In this document: piece after piece, positions 1-20,455 of the stretch
Numbering within the stretch: the stretch's first letter is position 1
Layout of the letters: every line of letters begins with the position of its first letter
Assembly: GCF_009914755.1 (NCBI RefSeq)
Contig: NC_060943.1
Source: the human T2T-CHM13v2.0 reference genome, Homo sapiens
Length of the DNA: 64,000 nt
Direction: 5' to 3' (one strand)
Notes under the pieces: model-generated
Told to the model about the DNA's origin: nothing
Databases searched by the model: none
Seen by the model: the letters and a program-made list of their open reading frames with translations, nothing else
Translations under genes and position numbers: made by a program

Positions 1-148
1 AGAAGGGTAAGAGAGTAGGAGGAGATGGAGGATGAGAAATTACTTTATGGGTACAATGTACCTTGTTTGGGTGACGGTTACACTCAAAGCCCAGATTTCA
101 CCACTAGGCAACACATCCGTGTAACAAAACTGGCCTTGTACTCCTTAA

Positions 149-432
<284 letters not shown>

Positions 433-1233
433 TGAACCACTGCACCCGGCCCCGTGCAAAATTTTTTCAATGGTAGCTTCTGGAAAATGTCATCTATAAG
501 AAACTACAAGTAGAACACAAATAAATGACAGAATATGAGCTTTCGGTGTCTACATTCCGTAAATCTAGTAAATAATAAATATTAACATACAGGCCAGGTG
601 TGGCGGCTCACATCTGTAAACCCAGCACTTTGGGAGGCTGAGGTGGGCAGATAGCTTGAGCTCAGGAGTTTGAGACTGCCTGGGCAACATGGTGAAACCC
701 CATTTCTACTAAAAATGCAAAAACAAATATCCTGGGATGGTGGTGCATACCTGTAGCCCCAGCTACTAGGGAGGCTGAGGTGGGAGGATCACCTTGATCC
801 TGGGAGGTGGAGGTTACAGTGAGCCAAAATGGCACTACTGTACTCCAGCCTGGGTGACAGAGTGAGAACCTGTCTCAAAAGATAAAAAAATAATTAACAT
901 ACAAAAAAATTCTCTCTGTTAAAATATCTTTAGTCCTCCCACAACATGGATAAACCTTGAAAACGTTATGTTAAGTTAAATAAGCCAGAGACACGACGCA
1001 CAAATATTGTATGATTCCACTTTAGAAGGTACCCAGAATAGGTAAGTTTATAGAGGTGGAAAGTCGATTAGAAGTTTTCAAGAGCTGGGGATAAGGAGGA
1101 ACAGGGAGTGATTGCTTAATGAGTTTGAGTTTTATCTGGGGGGTGATGAAAACATTTTGGAAATAGTGGTGATGGCTGTACAATGTTGTGAGTGTAATTC
1201 ACGCCACTGAACTGCACACTTTAAAAATGGTTA

Positions 1234-1760
<527 letters not shown>

Positions 1761-1809
1761 TAAAAAAGTTAAAACGAGTGAGATTCTGTCTCAAAAAAAG
1801 TTAAAATGT

Positions 1810-2680
1810 CAAATTTTATGTTATATAATCTACCACAATGTTTTAAAATTAATTATGTAAAATATCAAAAACCAATGAATTATACACTTTATATGGGTGA
1901 ATTGTATGGTGTGTGAATTATATCTCAATAAAGCTGTTCAAAAAAATAACTTGCGTGCTTTACAATGAAGAAAACTGGCAAAAGCTACCTTTACCAAGGA
2001 AAGAAGGTTAACATCACCAAGAAGGTCAAGTGGATTTCACGAAGCTCCTGATTTGATGTGATAAAGGGCCCTTTCATCTCTGCAGTCTTCTTTCCAAAAA
2101 CTCATCACCCCAATCTAATCATGAGAAAAATATCTGACAAACCTAGATTGGTTAACATTCTAAAGGATACCTGACCAGTCTTCCTCGAGACTATCAAAAA
2201 CGGGCAGTCATGATGGCTCACACCTGTAATCCCAGCACTTTGGGAGGTGAGGGCAGGAGGATTGCTTGAGCCCAGGAGTTCAAGACCAGCCTGGGCAACC
2301 TAGCGAGAATCCCCCGATCTCTTCCAAAAATCTAGAGGAAAAAAAAGACTGTCAAAAAATCATGAAAAACAAGGAAAGGCTGAGAAACTGTCAGACCAAA
2401 GGAGACTAAGAAGACAAGATGACTAAATGCGTTGTCAGATCCTGGACAGGATTCTAGAAACAGAAAAAGGACATTTGTGGGAAAAAGGGTGAAATATGAA
2501 TAAAACCTGGAGTTTAGTTAGTAATACTGTACCAATGTTAGTTTTGACAAATGTATCCCGGTTATGTAAAATGTTAACATTAAAAGAAACCAGATGAAGG
2601 AACAGTGTAGGAATTCTCTGTACTGTTCTTGCAACTTTTCTGTAAACTTAGAATTATTTCCCAAAGTAAGTTTATTTAGC
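1810..2680 (+). mobile_element. Old L1M (MC/ME-type) 3' end fragments interrupted by an Alu monomer
   Basis: Typical old-L1 3' phrases (GAATTATATCTCAATAAAGCTG; CTTGCAACTTTTCTGTAAACTTAGAATTATT). Confidence 0.7.
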
Positions 2681-4373
2681 GCTGCAATGAACATGGGAGT
2701 TCAGGTATCTCTTTAATACACGGATTTCAATGATTTAATCATGGCACAATGTAAACATATGTTACAATGTCACATTGTACCCCCTAAGTGTGCACAATTG
2801 TTATTGTCAATTGGAAATAAACAAAGTTTATCTAAAACAAACAAAAAAATAACTGTGGTAGTTTTCATTAACCTTGATTGCAACAGGGTGTAATCATCAT
2901 TGATTACCAAGTAGGAGAAACAAACCTAAAGTATCTAATCCATGTAAACGAATTTGTCAGTTGTCATCTGTTGCTATTAAATGAATATGATGTAATATCC
3001 AATTGGCAAATCATAAATTTTGATTTATACTTAATTTGAGAAGTGTTTGGATTTTGTACCTGGTGCTGGGGGTTAGAATAGTACTGTGTCATTCAATAGC
3101 TACAGGATTCTGGGTGGGTTTAGGTTTTTAGGCAACATATCTATTCCTTTGGATAGACTCTTGGTGAGAAGTGGGTTGAAAGAGATTAGGGAACAGATAT
3201 TGAGTATTTCCTGACCATGCCCAACATTTTCCCATTGATTATTCTGTAGAAACCAGCATTGGTGGGAAGACAGAATAAATGATCCCCCCATGCAAACCAC
3301 GGAATTAAAGAATGTTTGCACACCCAGAAGGCACACCCCTGGTTGTTCACGTTGACTGTGTATATATCCAAATGGGATTTCTATACTACAGTTTCCCAAA
3401 TGTTGGTCTTTTACATGCAAACTTCGTCTCATATCTGCATAACCCTGTGTGATTGTTCCGTTAATATTTTTCTTTAAAATAATTCTATTTTCTTTAATTC
3501 GAAAAGAAACTGTCTCAGAATTCACCACTATATAATTCATCTATGTAACAAAAACCACTTGCACCCCCAAAAGCTATTGAAATTTTAAAATTGCTTTAAA
3601 AAGGGAACTGTTAGCCAGGCGCAGTGGCTCACGCCTGTAATCCCAGCACTTTGGGAGGCTGAGGTGAGTGGATCACGAGGTCAGGAGATCAAGACCATCC
3701 TGTCCAACATGGTGGAACCCCATATCCACTAAAAATACAAAAATTAGCGGGCATGGTGGCGCGCACCTGTAGTCCCAGCTACTTGGGAGTCTGAGGCAGG
3801 AGAATCGGGAGGCGGAGGTTGCAGTGAGCTGAGGAGGCAGAGGTTGCAGTCAGCCGAGATCGCACCACTGCAGACATAGTCTCAAAAAAAAAGTGGCCGG
3901 GGGGGTGGGGGTGGGGAACTGTTATCCATACAATAAAATATTATTTGGTAATAAAAAGGAATAAAGAGCCAGGTGGGGTGACTCACACCTGTAATCCTAG
4001 CACTTTGGGAGGCTGAAATGAGAGAATTGCTTAAGGCCAGGGGTTCAAGACCAGCCCTGGCAACAGAGGGAGACCCAGTCTCTACAAAAAAAAAAAAAAA
4101 AAAGAAGAAGAAAACATTAGCTGGGTGTGGTGGTGCCTGCCTATAGTCCCAGCTACTCAGGAGACGGAAGTGGGAGGATCACTTGAGTCCAGGAATTAGA
4201 GGGTGCAGTGAGCTATGATCATGCCACTGCATTCTAGCCTGGGCAACAGATCAATACCCTGTCTCAAAATAAAATAAAATAAAATAAAATAAAATAAAAT
4301 AATTAAATTGAAAATAAGAAAAAGAATGAAGGACTAATACAGGCTACAACCTGAATGAACCTTGAAAACATTA

Positions 4374-4529
<156 letters not shown>

Positions 4530-4563
4530 TCACAAGGTCAGGAGTTCAAGGCCAGCCTGATCA

Positions 4564-4716
<153 letters not shown>

Positions 4717-4959
4717 TCAAGCCTGGGCGACAGAGCAAGACTCCATCTCAAGAAAGAAAAGGACAGAAAGCAGATTAGCAGTTGCCAGGGGTTGATGGGA
4801 AAGAAACGAGGAGTGACTATTTAATGACTACAGGTTTCCTTTTGGGGTGATAAAAAAAACTTTTGGAATTGGATAGTGGTGATGGTGTCACAACTCTTTG
4901 AATATATCAAAAACCATTGAATTGTATACTTTCGTTTTTGGGGGGGTTGGGGGGGATAG

Positions 4960-5100
<141 letters not shown>

Positions 5101-5232
5101 TGAATTGAATACTTTCAAAGGGTGAATTTTATGGTATGTGAATTATACATCAATAAAGCTGTTGTTTTAAAAAAGGAAAATGTACCTATTATAAAAGGAA
5201 AGTTAGTATCACTTGCCACAATAGGAAATAAC

Positions 5233-5699
5233 TGTCACGCGTGTCCGTATAGAAGACTACCTAAACAGGCTTTGTGTGGAGCAACAAGGCTGTTGATTCA
5301 CTTGGGTGCAAGTGGGCTGAGTCCAAAAAGAGAGTCAGCAAAGGGAGATAGGAGAGGAGCAGCTTTATAGGGCTTGGGTAGGCCGTGGAAAGTTACAGTT
5401 AAAGGTAGTTGTCTATTGTCAGCAGAGGAGGGGGTCACAAGGTGCATGGTGGAGAGATGATGGGACTCATTGTCCAGAAGAATGTCACAGGGTTGATTGA
5501 TCAGTTGGGGCAGGGCAGGAACAAGTCATAATGGTGGAATGTCATAAGGTGGGTTAATTAGTTAAGACAGGAACTGGCTGTTTCACTTCTTTGTGGTTTT
5601 TCGGCTGCTCCAGATTTTTTGGCTCCTGCAGGCCATCTAGACGTATATGTGCAGGTCACAGGAGTTACAATGGCTGAGCTTCGGCTCAGAGGCCTGACC
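5233..5699 (-). mobile_element. Solo HERV-H family LTR (LTR7C-like)
   Basis: Reverse strand starts GGTCAGGCCTCTGAGCCGAAGCTCAGCCAT and ends CACGCGTGACA; contains TATAAAG; 5-bp TSD ATAAC at 5228-5232 and 5700-5704. Confidence 0.85.
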
Positions 5700-5792
5700 A
5701 TAACCATACCAATAAGAATATACAAGTAAAGCCGGGCGTGGTGGCTCACGCCTGTAATCCCAGCATTTTGGGAGGCCGAGGAGGGTGGATCA

Positions 5793-6050
<258 letters not shown>

Positions 6051-6242
6051 TTAAGTGTTCATTTATGATCCACTAAAAGTCATCTCGATGTACCACCAGT
6101 AGTGTGAGTCTCACATACTATGTACAAACATTTCTCCAGGAGTAGTATGGCTTGTTAAAAGTGTATGAGCAATTAATCCCAGCACTTTGGGAGGCCGAGG
6201 CAGGCGGATCACGAGGTCAGGAGATCGAGACCATCCTGGCTA

Positions 6243-7187
<945 letters not shown>

Positions 7188-7354
7188 TAAAAGGAAACTC
7201 TACACCCAGACAGAAGGTCATGGAGGTGACATTTGAACGGGAATCTGAAGGAAGAGCAAGTGAGCGCCATGTCAAGATCTGATCTTCTTTGCATACCACC
7301 TTCACCCCATATCAACAAACTCTTGTACTATTATTTCGTTCATATTTTCCTTTA

Positions 7355-7727
<373 letters not shown>

Positions 7728-7760
7728 TTATTTGGCAATTTAAAAAAATAAAGTACCATC

Positions 7761-8750
7761 TGTTGTTGAAAAGAGTCAAACTCTATAAAATGTTTGAAGA
7801 AATTTTTTCTGAGCCAAATATGAGCGACCATGGTCCATGACACAGCCCTCAGGAGATCCTGAGAACATGTGTTCAAGATGGTCAGGGTGCAGCTTGGTTT
7901 TATACATTTTAGGGAGACGTGAGATGTAGGGAGCCGAAGACCCGTGGGACGTGACCAACTCAGCATTCCACCGGAGGCTACGTGATCAAACAGCAAACTG
8001 TGTACCATGAATGCAGGATGTGAGCAAACTCACGACTGCTCCTGCCGACAGAAGGTTTGCCGGAGGCAATCTCTGGCGTGGAGGTTATCTACTGCAACAT
8101 CTAGAGCCTGCTGTTCGAGGAATGCAGTCTTGCAAGCCTACTCTGGACTGAGCCCCTGGACTCCTTCTTCCACCCCGCTTCTCACTATCTTTTTTGCCTA
8201 ATAAATACGGAGGGCTGTGTAAAGCTCAGGGCCCTTGTCCACTAGAGGCAAGGTGCCCCCGACCCCTTCTTCCAAATATACTCTTTTGTCTCTTGTCTTT
8301 TATTCTTGCGTTCGCCCCCTTTGTTCAGTCCACCAGGGGTCGTGGTAGGTTACATAGTGGTGCCCCGAACAGCGACAGAATCAGGCTCTCAACAATGAGA
8401 GCTTACCACAATCAATACATGTAAGATGTACACTGGCTCAGGCCGGAAAGGCGGGACAACTGGAAGCAGGGACCTCCAGGTCGTAGGCGTATTCAAAGAT
8501 TTTCTGATTGGCAATTGGTTGAAAAGAATTATTATCTAAAGAATCTGGAATCAACAGAAAGGAATGTCTGGGTTAAGATAAGGGATTGTGGAGACCAAAG
8601 TTTTATCATGCAGATGAAGCTTCCAGGTAGCAGGCTTCAGAGAGAATAGATTATAAATATTATCAGACTTAAAAAGGTACCAGACTCTTAGTTAATTCTC
8701 TCCTAGATCAGGGAAAAGATCCAGAAAGGAAAGAAGATTCCCTATGTTAG
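7761..8750 (-). mobile_element. MER4-group ERV1 LTR, split by an LTR3 insertion
   Basis: AAAAGAGTCAAACTCT...CAGCTTGGTTTTATACATTTTAGGGAGAC, resuming after 8400 with AATCAATACATGTAAGATGTACA. Confidence 0.75.
7925..8394 (+). mobile_element. Solo HERV-K HML-6 LTR (LTR3 family)
   Basis: Starts TGTAGGGAGCCGAAG...GTGACCAACTCAGCATTCCA, ends CTCAACA; imperfect 6-bp TSD GTGAGA/ATGAGA. Confidence 0.8.
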
Positions 8751-8806
8751 GAATAACATGTTAGGGAACCCTGGAGGCAGGCAGATCACCTGAGGTCAGG
8801 AGTTCA

Positions 8807-9052
<246 letters not shown>

Positions 9053-9238
9053 TTAGAATGCAGTACCGATTCATGCTACAATGTGGATAAACATTGAAAA
9101 CAGGCCTGCCTCAGTGGCTCATGCCTGTAATCCCAGCACTTTGGGAGGCTGAGGCAGGAGGATCACTTGAGCTCAGGAGTTCAAGACCAGCCTGGGCAAC
9201 ATGATGAAACCACATCGCTACAAAACATGCAAAAATTA

Positions 9239-9604
<366 letters not shown>

Positions 9605-10141
9605 CTAGAACTAGATAGAGGTGGGGTTGTACAACCTTGTGAACGTACTAAATGCCACTGAATTGTACACTTTAAAAAGGTTTAAATGATGACTTTTATA
9701 TTATGTGAATCTTACTGTGATAAAAATATCCTGATTTCTGTGTCCCAAACCATTGAAAGCTAAATCTTGGGGAGCTGGGCCCTGCCACCAGGCCTCCACA
9801 ATATCAACCCTAGCTGCCCCAGTGATTCCAGTAGGCAGCAAGAGTTGAAGTACTGGAGTCTAGAGACCAGTTCAAGCATGCAGATGTGTCAGGGTTAATG
9901 ATATTTTGTACAAGTCCTGGGCCAGATAACAGCTGTTACAACTAAAAGGTCAATACACCTAAGATACAAAGATCTTCTGCAAATAAGACACAAATAACCT
10001 AAATGTGTCCAAATATGCAGATAATCTTTGAAATGGGCAGCCACAGGTGAGAAGCTCTTTAAAAAATTAAAATAAACGGGCCAGACCCGGTGGCTCACGA
10101 CTGTAATCCCAGCACTTTGGGAGGCTGAGGCGGGTGGATCA

Positions 10142-10497
<356 letters not shown>

Positions 10498-10988
10498 TTA
10501 AAGTATAATAAAAATATATATATTTTAAAAAAAAAAGAAAATGAGAGTAAAGATGACTTACTAGTTTTCACTCATCAGACTGGCAATCATTCAAAAACTA
10601 ATAATGCAATGAAACCCAGTGCTTGCAACTATGTGTTGAAAAGGGCACACCTGTGTGTTGTTCGTGGGAATGTGATTTATTATTGCATTTGGGGGAAGTT
10701 ACTAGAACAACACCTAGTTGAAATTCCACACTGGGAATCCACCCTATAGAACGATATTTATCAAGGGATTATTTGTAGTAGCAACAAAAAACAAACTATA
10801 AATAACCTGTGTGCCCTCAATGGTGGAAGGGTTGGATAATCAGAGTACACTCCTATCATGAGCCATTAGGTAGCTATTAAAAATAATGAGTTAGATATCT
10901 ATCTATTCGCCTGGAGGAATTCCATGATGTACGTGCTGCCAAGTTTTTTAAAAAATGGATAAATAAGTAGGTTTCAGAGAAACATATA

Positions 10989-11690
<702 letters not shown>

Positions 11691-11862
11691 ATTCTCTTTA
11701 TAATCAGCACATAATAATTGTACATGTTTATGGGTACCTGTGATGTCTTAATACATATGTACATTGCATAATGATCAAATCAGGATAGTGAGCATGTCCA
11801 TCACCCAAATCTTTATCATTTCTTTGTGGTAGTTACATTCAAGATCCTCCGTTTTCTAGCTA

Positions 11863-12256
<394 letters not shown>

Positions 12257-12417
12257 CTAACACGCCACAGACCACTACCAGTCCATGGCCTTGGGATTGG
12301 GACCCCTGCCCTAGTTCATGTTATTTTATTACAGAAGACCTAAGAAAATAATATAGTATCCAATTACAGAGACTTGAAATGGAAAGGATGTTCCTAAAAG
12401 AAGCCTAATTGAAATTA

Positions 12418-12792
<375 letters not shown>

Positions 12793-12822
12793 TTAGCACA
12801 CACCTGTAATCCCAGCTACTCA

Positions 12823-12954
<132 letters not shown>

Positions 12955-13699
12955 TCACTCTTTTCCTCACCTAACAGCAGGTCCCCGAGCAGATACTGAA
13001 GATGCCTCAACCCATAGCCCCTTGGCTCACCTCTGATTTCACCTTACAGCAGCAGTGGGCAATTTCACATATGCTGGTGGAAGCCCCGCTACTTCTGTCT
13101 TTACTGTCTGGACATCTTCTCCAGCACCGTGGGAGTGTGCTCAGCAGGGGATTTAACATCCCCAAGTACCACCCTCAACAAATAAAGGAGTCAATGGTAA
13201 ATACCCACATACCTCTTCCCTCAATGGAATAATTCTGAAGGTGCGGTCTATGTGATACCCCAGAGAGTTCCCCCAGCAGGATGGAGCCCTGTTTCCTACA
13301 AACGGAATATAATGTGTTTATTAACATACTTTATTTCCTGCTTCATTTTCCCCACTTCTGGGACCAAATAAACCATCTGCACCCAAGTGCTTTATGATTA
13401 GAGCCTGTTTTGAACCCAAATCAAGACTATCAGTTCCCCTGGGCACAGTGGCTCATGCCTGTAATCCCAGCAATGTGGGAAGCTGAGAAAGGAGGTCTAG
13501 ACCAGCCTGGACAACATAGCAAGACCTCATTTCTACCAAAAAAAATTGTAATTAGCCTGTCATGGTGGCACACACCTGTAGTCCTAGCTACTTGGGAGGC
13601 TGAGGTGGGAGGATCACCTGAGCTCAGGAGTTCAAGGCTGTAGTGAGCTATGATGGCACTCACAGCCTGGGTGACAGAGCAGGACCGTCTCAAAAATAA

Positions 13700-14515
13700 A
13701 TAAACCAAACACCACATGTTCTCACTTATAAGTGGGGGCTGAACAATGAGAGCACATGGACACAGGGAGGGGAAGAACACTCACTGGGGCCTGTTGGGGG
13801 AGGGCAGGGTGGGGAGAGCATTAAGGAAAAGAGCTAATGTATGCTGGGCTCAATACCTAGGTGATGGGTAGATGGGTACAGCAAACCACCATGGTACACA
13901 TTTACCTGTGTAACAAATCTGCACATCCTGCACATGTACCCTGGAACATAAAAACATAATAATATTTTGAAAAAACTCTATCAAAAAATAAATAAATAGG
14001 ATTCTGCTATTTATTCTGCTCTAAAGACCCATGCACATGTATGTTTATTGCAGCACTATTCACAATAGCAAAGACTTAGAACCAACCCAAATGCCCATCA
14101 GTGATAGACTGGATAAAGAAAATGTGGCACATACACACCATGGAATACTCTCCAGCCATAAAAAACAATGAGTTCATGTCCTTTGCAGGAAAATGGATGA
14201 AGCTGGAAACCATCATTCTCAGCAAACTAACACAGGAACAGAAAACCAAACACCACATGTTCTCACTCATAAGTGGGAGTTGAACAATGAGAACACATGG
14301 ACACAGGGAAGGGAACATCACACACCACGGCCTGTCAGGTGGTGGGGGGCAAGGGAAGGAAGAGCATTAGGACAAATATCTAATGCACGCAGGGCTTAAA
14401 ACCTAGATGATGGGTTGATAGGTGCAGCAAACCACCATGGCACATGTATACTTACGTAACAAACCTGCACGTTCAGCACATGTATCCCAGAACTTAAATT
14501 AAAATAATAAATAAC
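13700..14515 (+). mobile_element. Two tandem L1PA 3' end fragments
   Basis: AAACCAAACACCACATGTTCTCACT...GTAACAAA(T/C)CTGCAC occurs twice; the second copy includes the ORF2 C-terminal DWIKKMW frame. Confidence 0.85.
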
Positions 14516-14995
14516 TAAGTACATATAAAAATTTAAAAGACTGTCCGTTCTACTTGACCACTGCCACATCAGGAGCCCTTGACCCTTGCCAGAATTCAGG
14601 AATCCCCATCTCTCCTAGATTCTAATCAAGGAAGAAAATCAGGGACTATATAAAAACCTTTTAGGTGTTGGATTTTAAAAAAAGCATTTGTGCTTGGAAG
14701 AATGGGTGGAGAGTGGCTGAAGCCCAAGATGCTGAGAGAAGAAATCTGGACCTCACTCCTAGAGAGGATAGAATGAAGTAGACCACCCCCTTCTTCCTCC
14801 CTCCTAATGTTCATTGATGGTTTCCTGGTACCAGACTCATTGCCACATAAAGACTCTAAGATTTTCCCAAAGCAATCAGCATTGGACTCCAAACCAACAT
14901 GACTAGAAAACTGGACTCTGGGAGTGTATAACTGGCCCTGCCTTATACCAATTTCCCAGGGGGGGAAATGTTATTTTTGATAACATTTTCTATAG

Positions 14996-15442
<447 letters not shown>

Positions 15443-15557
15443 TGATCCACCCGCCTCAGCCTTCCAAAGTGCTGGGATTACAGGTGTGAGCCACCATGTC
15501 TGGCCACCTTATGGACTTTTTAGGTGGGTTTTTCCCCAACCTTTGGGCTCAAATTGA

Positions 15558-15722
<165 letters not shown>

Positions 15723-15954
15723 TAGTAGAGACAGGGTTTCACCATGTTGGCCGGGCTGGTCTCAAACTCCTGAGCTAAATTGATCCACCTGCCTCGGCCT
15801 CCCAAAGTGCTAGGATTACAGGTGTGAACCACCATGCCCAGCCTCTGAAAATAATTTTAATTTTAAAAAAATAATGACAGTGGGATTGGCACCTACTCAT
15901 ATCCCCATATGTCCAACGCGAAGTTGGTCTACCTTGTTCTTGCTTTGAAGCTGA

Positions 15955-16272
<318 letters not shown>

Positions 16273-17040
16273 TAGATATAAGGTCTTGCTGTTTTGCCCA
16301 AGCTGGTCTCAAACTTCTAGGCTCAAGGGATTCTCCAACCTTGGCCTCCCAAGTAGCTAGGATTATAGGCATGAGCCACCGTGTCCAACTCCAGTGCCAA
16401 GCAGGTGATCAAGAAGTGTTTGATAGGCCGGGTACAGTGGCTCAGGCCTGTAATCCCAGCACTTTGGGAGACCGAGGAGAGCAGATCACTTGAGGTTTGA
16501 GATCAGTCTTTCCAACATGGTGAAACCCTGTCTCTACTAAAAATACAAAGACTAGCTGGGCATGGTGGTGGGCACCAGTAATTCCAGCTACTCAAGAGGC
16601 TGAGGAGGGAGAATTGCTAGAACCCAGGAGGTGGAGGTTGCAGTGAGCCGAGATTGCTCCACTGTGCTCCAGGCTGGGTGAAAGAGTGACACTCCATCTC
16701 AAAAAAAAGTGTTTGATAAATTTATTTATTTAATACCGATTTATTGATTGATTGATACTCTTCGGAGCTTTCCTTAATGAGCCAGTTTCTTCCATAATGC
16801 AATGAATGAAAGGACCTCTCAGATTCAGGCATCTGAGTGCCCGACTGGAGTCTGGGACCCCCCAGACCTCTCTGCCTGGGAGCTTCCATGAAGCTCAGCC
16901 TGAGCTGGAAGGAGACCGTAGGGAGATGTCCTAGTGAGAGTGAATCCCTAGTCACTGTTTCCTCTTCTTACCCACTCCATGATCCCAAAGCACACCCATC
17001 TCCAAAAGAACAGGTCACATGTGGCAGAGGAGAAACAAAA

Positions 17041-17215
17041 TAATTAGCATCCGCTTCCTTAACAAGGAGCTATGGGGACGAAGTCTCCTAGAGTCCCCAG
17101 ACTATAAATACCCTGATGTTCCCCTGGCTCCCCCACTCACCTGCAGAGTCTGGGGGCGGGGGGGTACACATATGAATCCTTCCCATAGACATCAGGCTAA
17201 CCCCAGCGATCACAG
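17041..17215 (+). promoter_or_regulatory. OR1I1: Putative OR1I1 promoter and first exon
   Basis: Homeodomain-type TAATTAG (17041-47), O/E-like TCCCCAGA, TATAAATA (17103-10), consensus donor CAG|GTGAGT at 17215/16; matching pyrimidine tract and acceptor at 21955-21986 just before the CDS. Confidence 0.6.
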
Positions 17216-17579
17216 GTGAGTAGCCCCCATGCCCTTCCTAGGGGTTTAGTGCTGACCTCGGGATCCTCTAGCAGTTGGTGGAGAAGGAGGCTTCCCGGGA
17301 CCCTCCCCTTGGTGATGCCATCCTGGTGAGCAGGTGAGGGATGGGGAAAGGATTGAGCTGAGGGTGGGGGTGGAGGGTTGTGGGAGAGGAATCTGTCTGC
17401 TTCCTAGAGGCCGAGAGAGAGAGAAGAGACTGAGACCAAGTCTAGACTCTCTGAGTGGACAAAGCACGCAGACGGCAGACCCTCTGTGGCAGGATATGTG
17501 GAGGAAAAGCACTGAGGGTCTGCAGCTGCAGGACACCTGCACAGATAGGAGAGGTCTTGAGAAACAAGTTTCTCCAATG

Positions 17580-18402
17580 CAGCAGCTCCCCAAGTGTGGT
17601 CCCTGGGCTAGAAGCACCAGCATCCTCTGGAAACTATCTAGAAGTGCTGGTTCTTACACCAGACATTTCAGGGAAAGGGCTTAGCTTTTTGTGTATGATG
17701 AGTTTGGGAGCGGGGGGAGGGGGCGGGGGGATTGTTTTGTTTGTTTGTTTGTTCTTTCTGTTTTTGAGACAGGGTCTCACTCTGTTGCCCAGTCCGGAGT
17801 GCAGTGGCATTATCATAGCTCATCGCAGCCTCGACCTCCCAAGCTCAAGTGATCCTCCCTCCTCAGCCTCCCGGGTACCTGGGATAACAGACATATACCA
17901 CCATGCCTGGCTAATTTTATTTTCGTAGAGGCAGGGATCTTCCTATGTTGCCCAGGATGGTCTCACACTCCCGGGCTCAAGAGATCCTCCTACCTTGGCC
18001 CCCCAAGCAGCTGGGACTAACAGGTGTGTGCCACCATGCCCAGCTAATTTTTTATTTTGTAGAGATGGGGGTCTCACTGTGTTGCCCAGGTTGGTCTCTA
18101 ACTCCTGGACTCAAGGGATTCTCCCACCTCAGCCTTCTGAGTAGCTGGGACTATGGAAGCATGCCACCATGCCCAGCAGATTGTTTTATTTTTTGTAGAT
18201 CCAGGGCGGGATTGGGGGTGGGGTGGCCTCACTTTGTCTGCCAGGCTGGTCTTGAACTCCTGGCCTCAAGCAATTCTCCCACTTCAGCCTCCCAAAGTGC
18301 TGGGATTACAGGTGTGAGCCACCATGGCTGGCCCGCTTTTTGTGTTTTAACAAGCCTTCCAGGTGACCCTGAAGCGTGCTCAAGGTTGAGAACCGCTGCT
18401 CT
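17580..18402. mobile_element. MER5A hAT element split by Alus
   Basis: CCCCAAGTGTGGTCCCTGG...CAGCATC start; TGTGTTTTAACAAGCCTTCCAGGTGA...TTGAGAACCGCTGCT end. Confidence 0.65.
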
Positions 18403-19293
18403 ATGCAACCCAAGTCAACAACTGAGGACTGTTACAAATATGTTGCCAGGAAGGGAATCGCAGTATTCTATCCAGCCTAGAGAAAACCAAGCATTGCATT
18501 GCAAAAACCTCAAGTCCAACACTAAAAAGCCTCAAAAGTTAACATAGGGCTTTGCTGAAGGCCTCTTGGGGTTACCAAGGAGATTATGCTGCTAACCTTC
18601 CTAAAAACCCCTTTCATCAGCTGGGCGCTGAAATGATGAGATTACTGGGCTCACGCCTGTAATCTCAGTACTTTGGGAGGCCAAGGTGGGCGGATCACCG
18701 GGTCAGGAGTTCAAGACCAGCCTGGCCAACAGGCTTAGTAGAGGCGAAACCCCGTCTCTACTAAAAATACAAAAATTAATCAGGCGTGGTGATGCACACC
18801 TGTAATCCCAGCTATTCGGGTGGCTGAGGCACAAGAATCACTTGAACCCAGGAGACGGATGTTGCAGTGAGCCGAGATCGTGCCACTGTACTCTAGCCTA
18901 GGTGACAGAGTGAGACTCTGTCTCGAAAAGAAACACGTGTAAATGCTTGTAATTGAATATTTTTCCCTTGCACGTGTTGACAGCACAGAATTTAGCTTCG
19001 AAATGCCTCATAAAGAGGTGAGAGTGGCCATTCTTAGGGAGGCAGTGGAGTATGAGAGTGAAAATAAGTCTAAATTCAAAGGCGAGATCAGGCACTTGCA
19101 AGCTGAGTGCCCCTGGCAGCTCGCTCAGCCCCAGTCTGCTCACTGTAAATTGTAGCTAACACAATCTCCCTGTGGGAGTTATTGTAAGACCTATGCATTA
19201 AGAAACTGGCTCCTGGCTGGCTGCAGTGGCTCACGCCTGTAATCCCAGCACTTTGAGAGATCAAGCCGGGCAGATGATGAGGTCAGGAGTTCA

Positions 19294-19557
<264 letters not shown>

Positions 19558-19677
19558 TTAATACCGAGGTGATGGCTTGATAGGTGCAGCAAACCACTAT
19601 GGCACACGTTTACCTATGTAACAAACCTGCACGTCCTGCACGTGTATCCTGGAACTTAAAATAAAATGATAAAATTA

Positions 19678-19938
<261 letters not shown>

Positions 19939-19944
19939 TTAAAT

Positions 19945-20455
<511 letters not shown>

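Noticed and set aside
3100-3540. 146-aa minus-strand ORF in an AT-rich, apparently unique island
   Set aside because: No recognisable domain or splice structure; I could not assign it to a gene, pseudogene or repeat. A tBLASTx/Dfam search would settle it.
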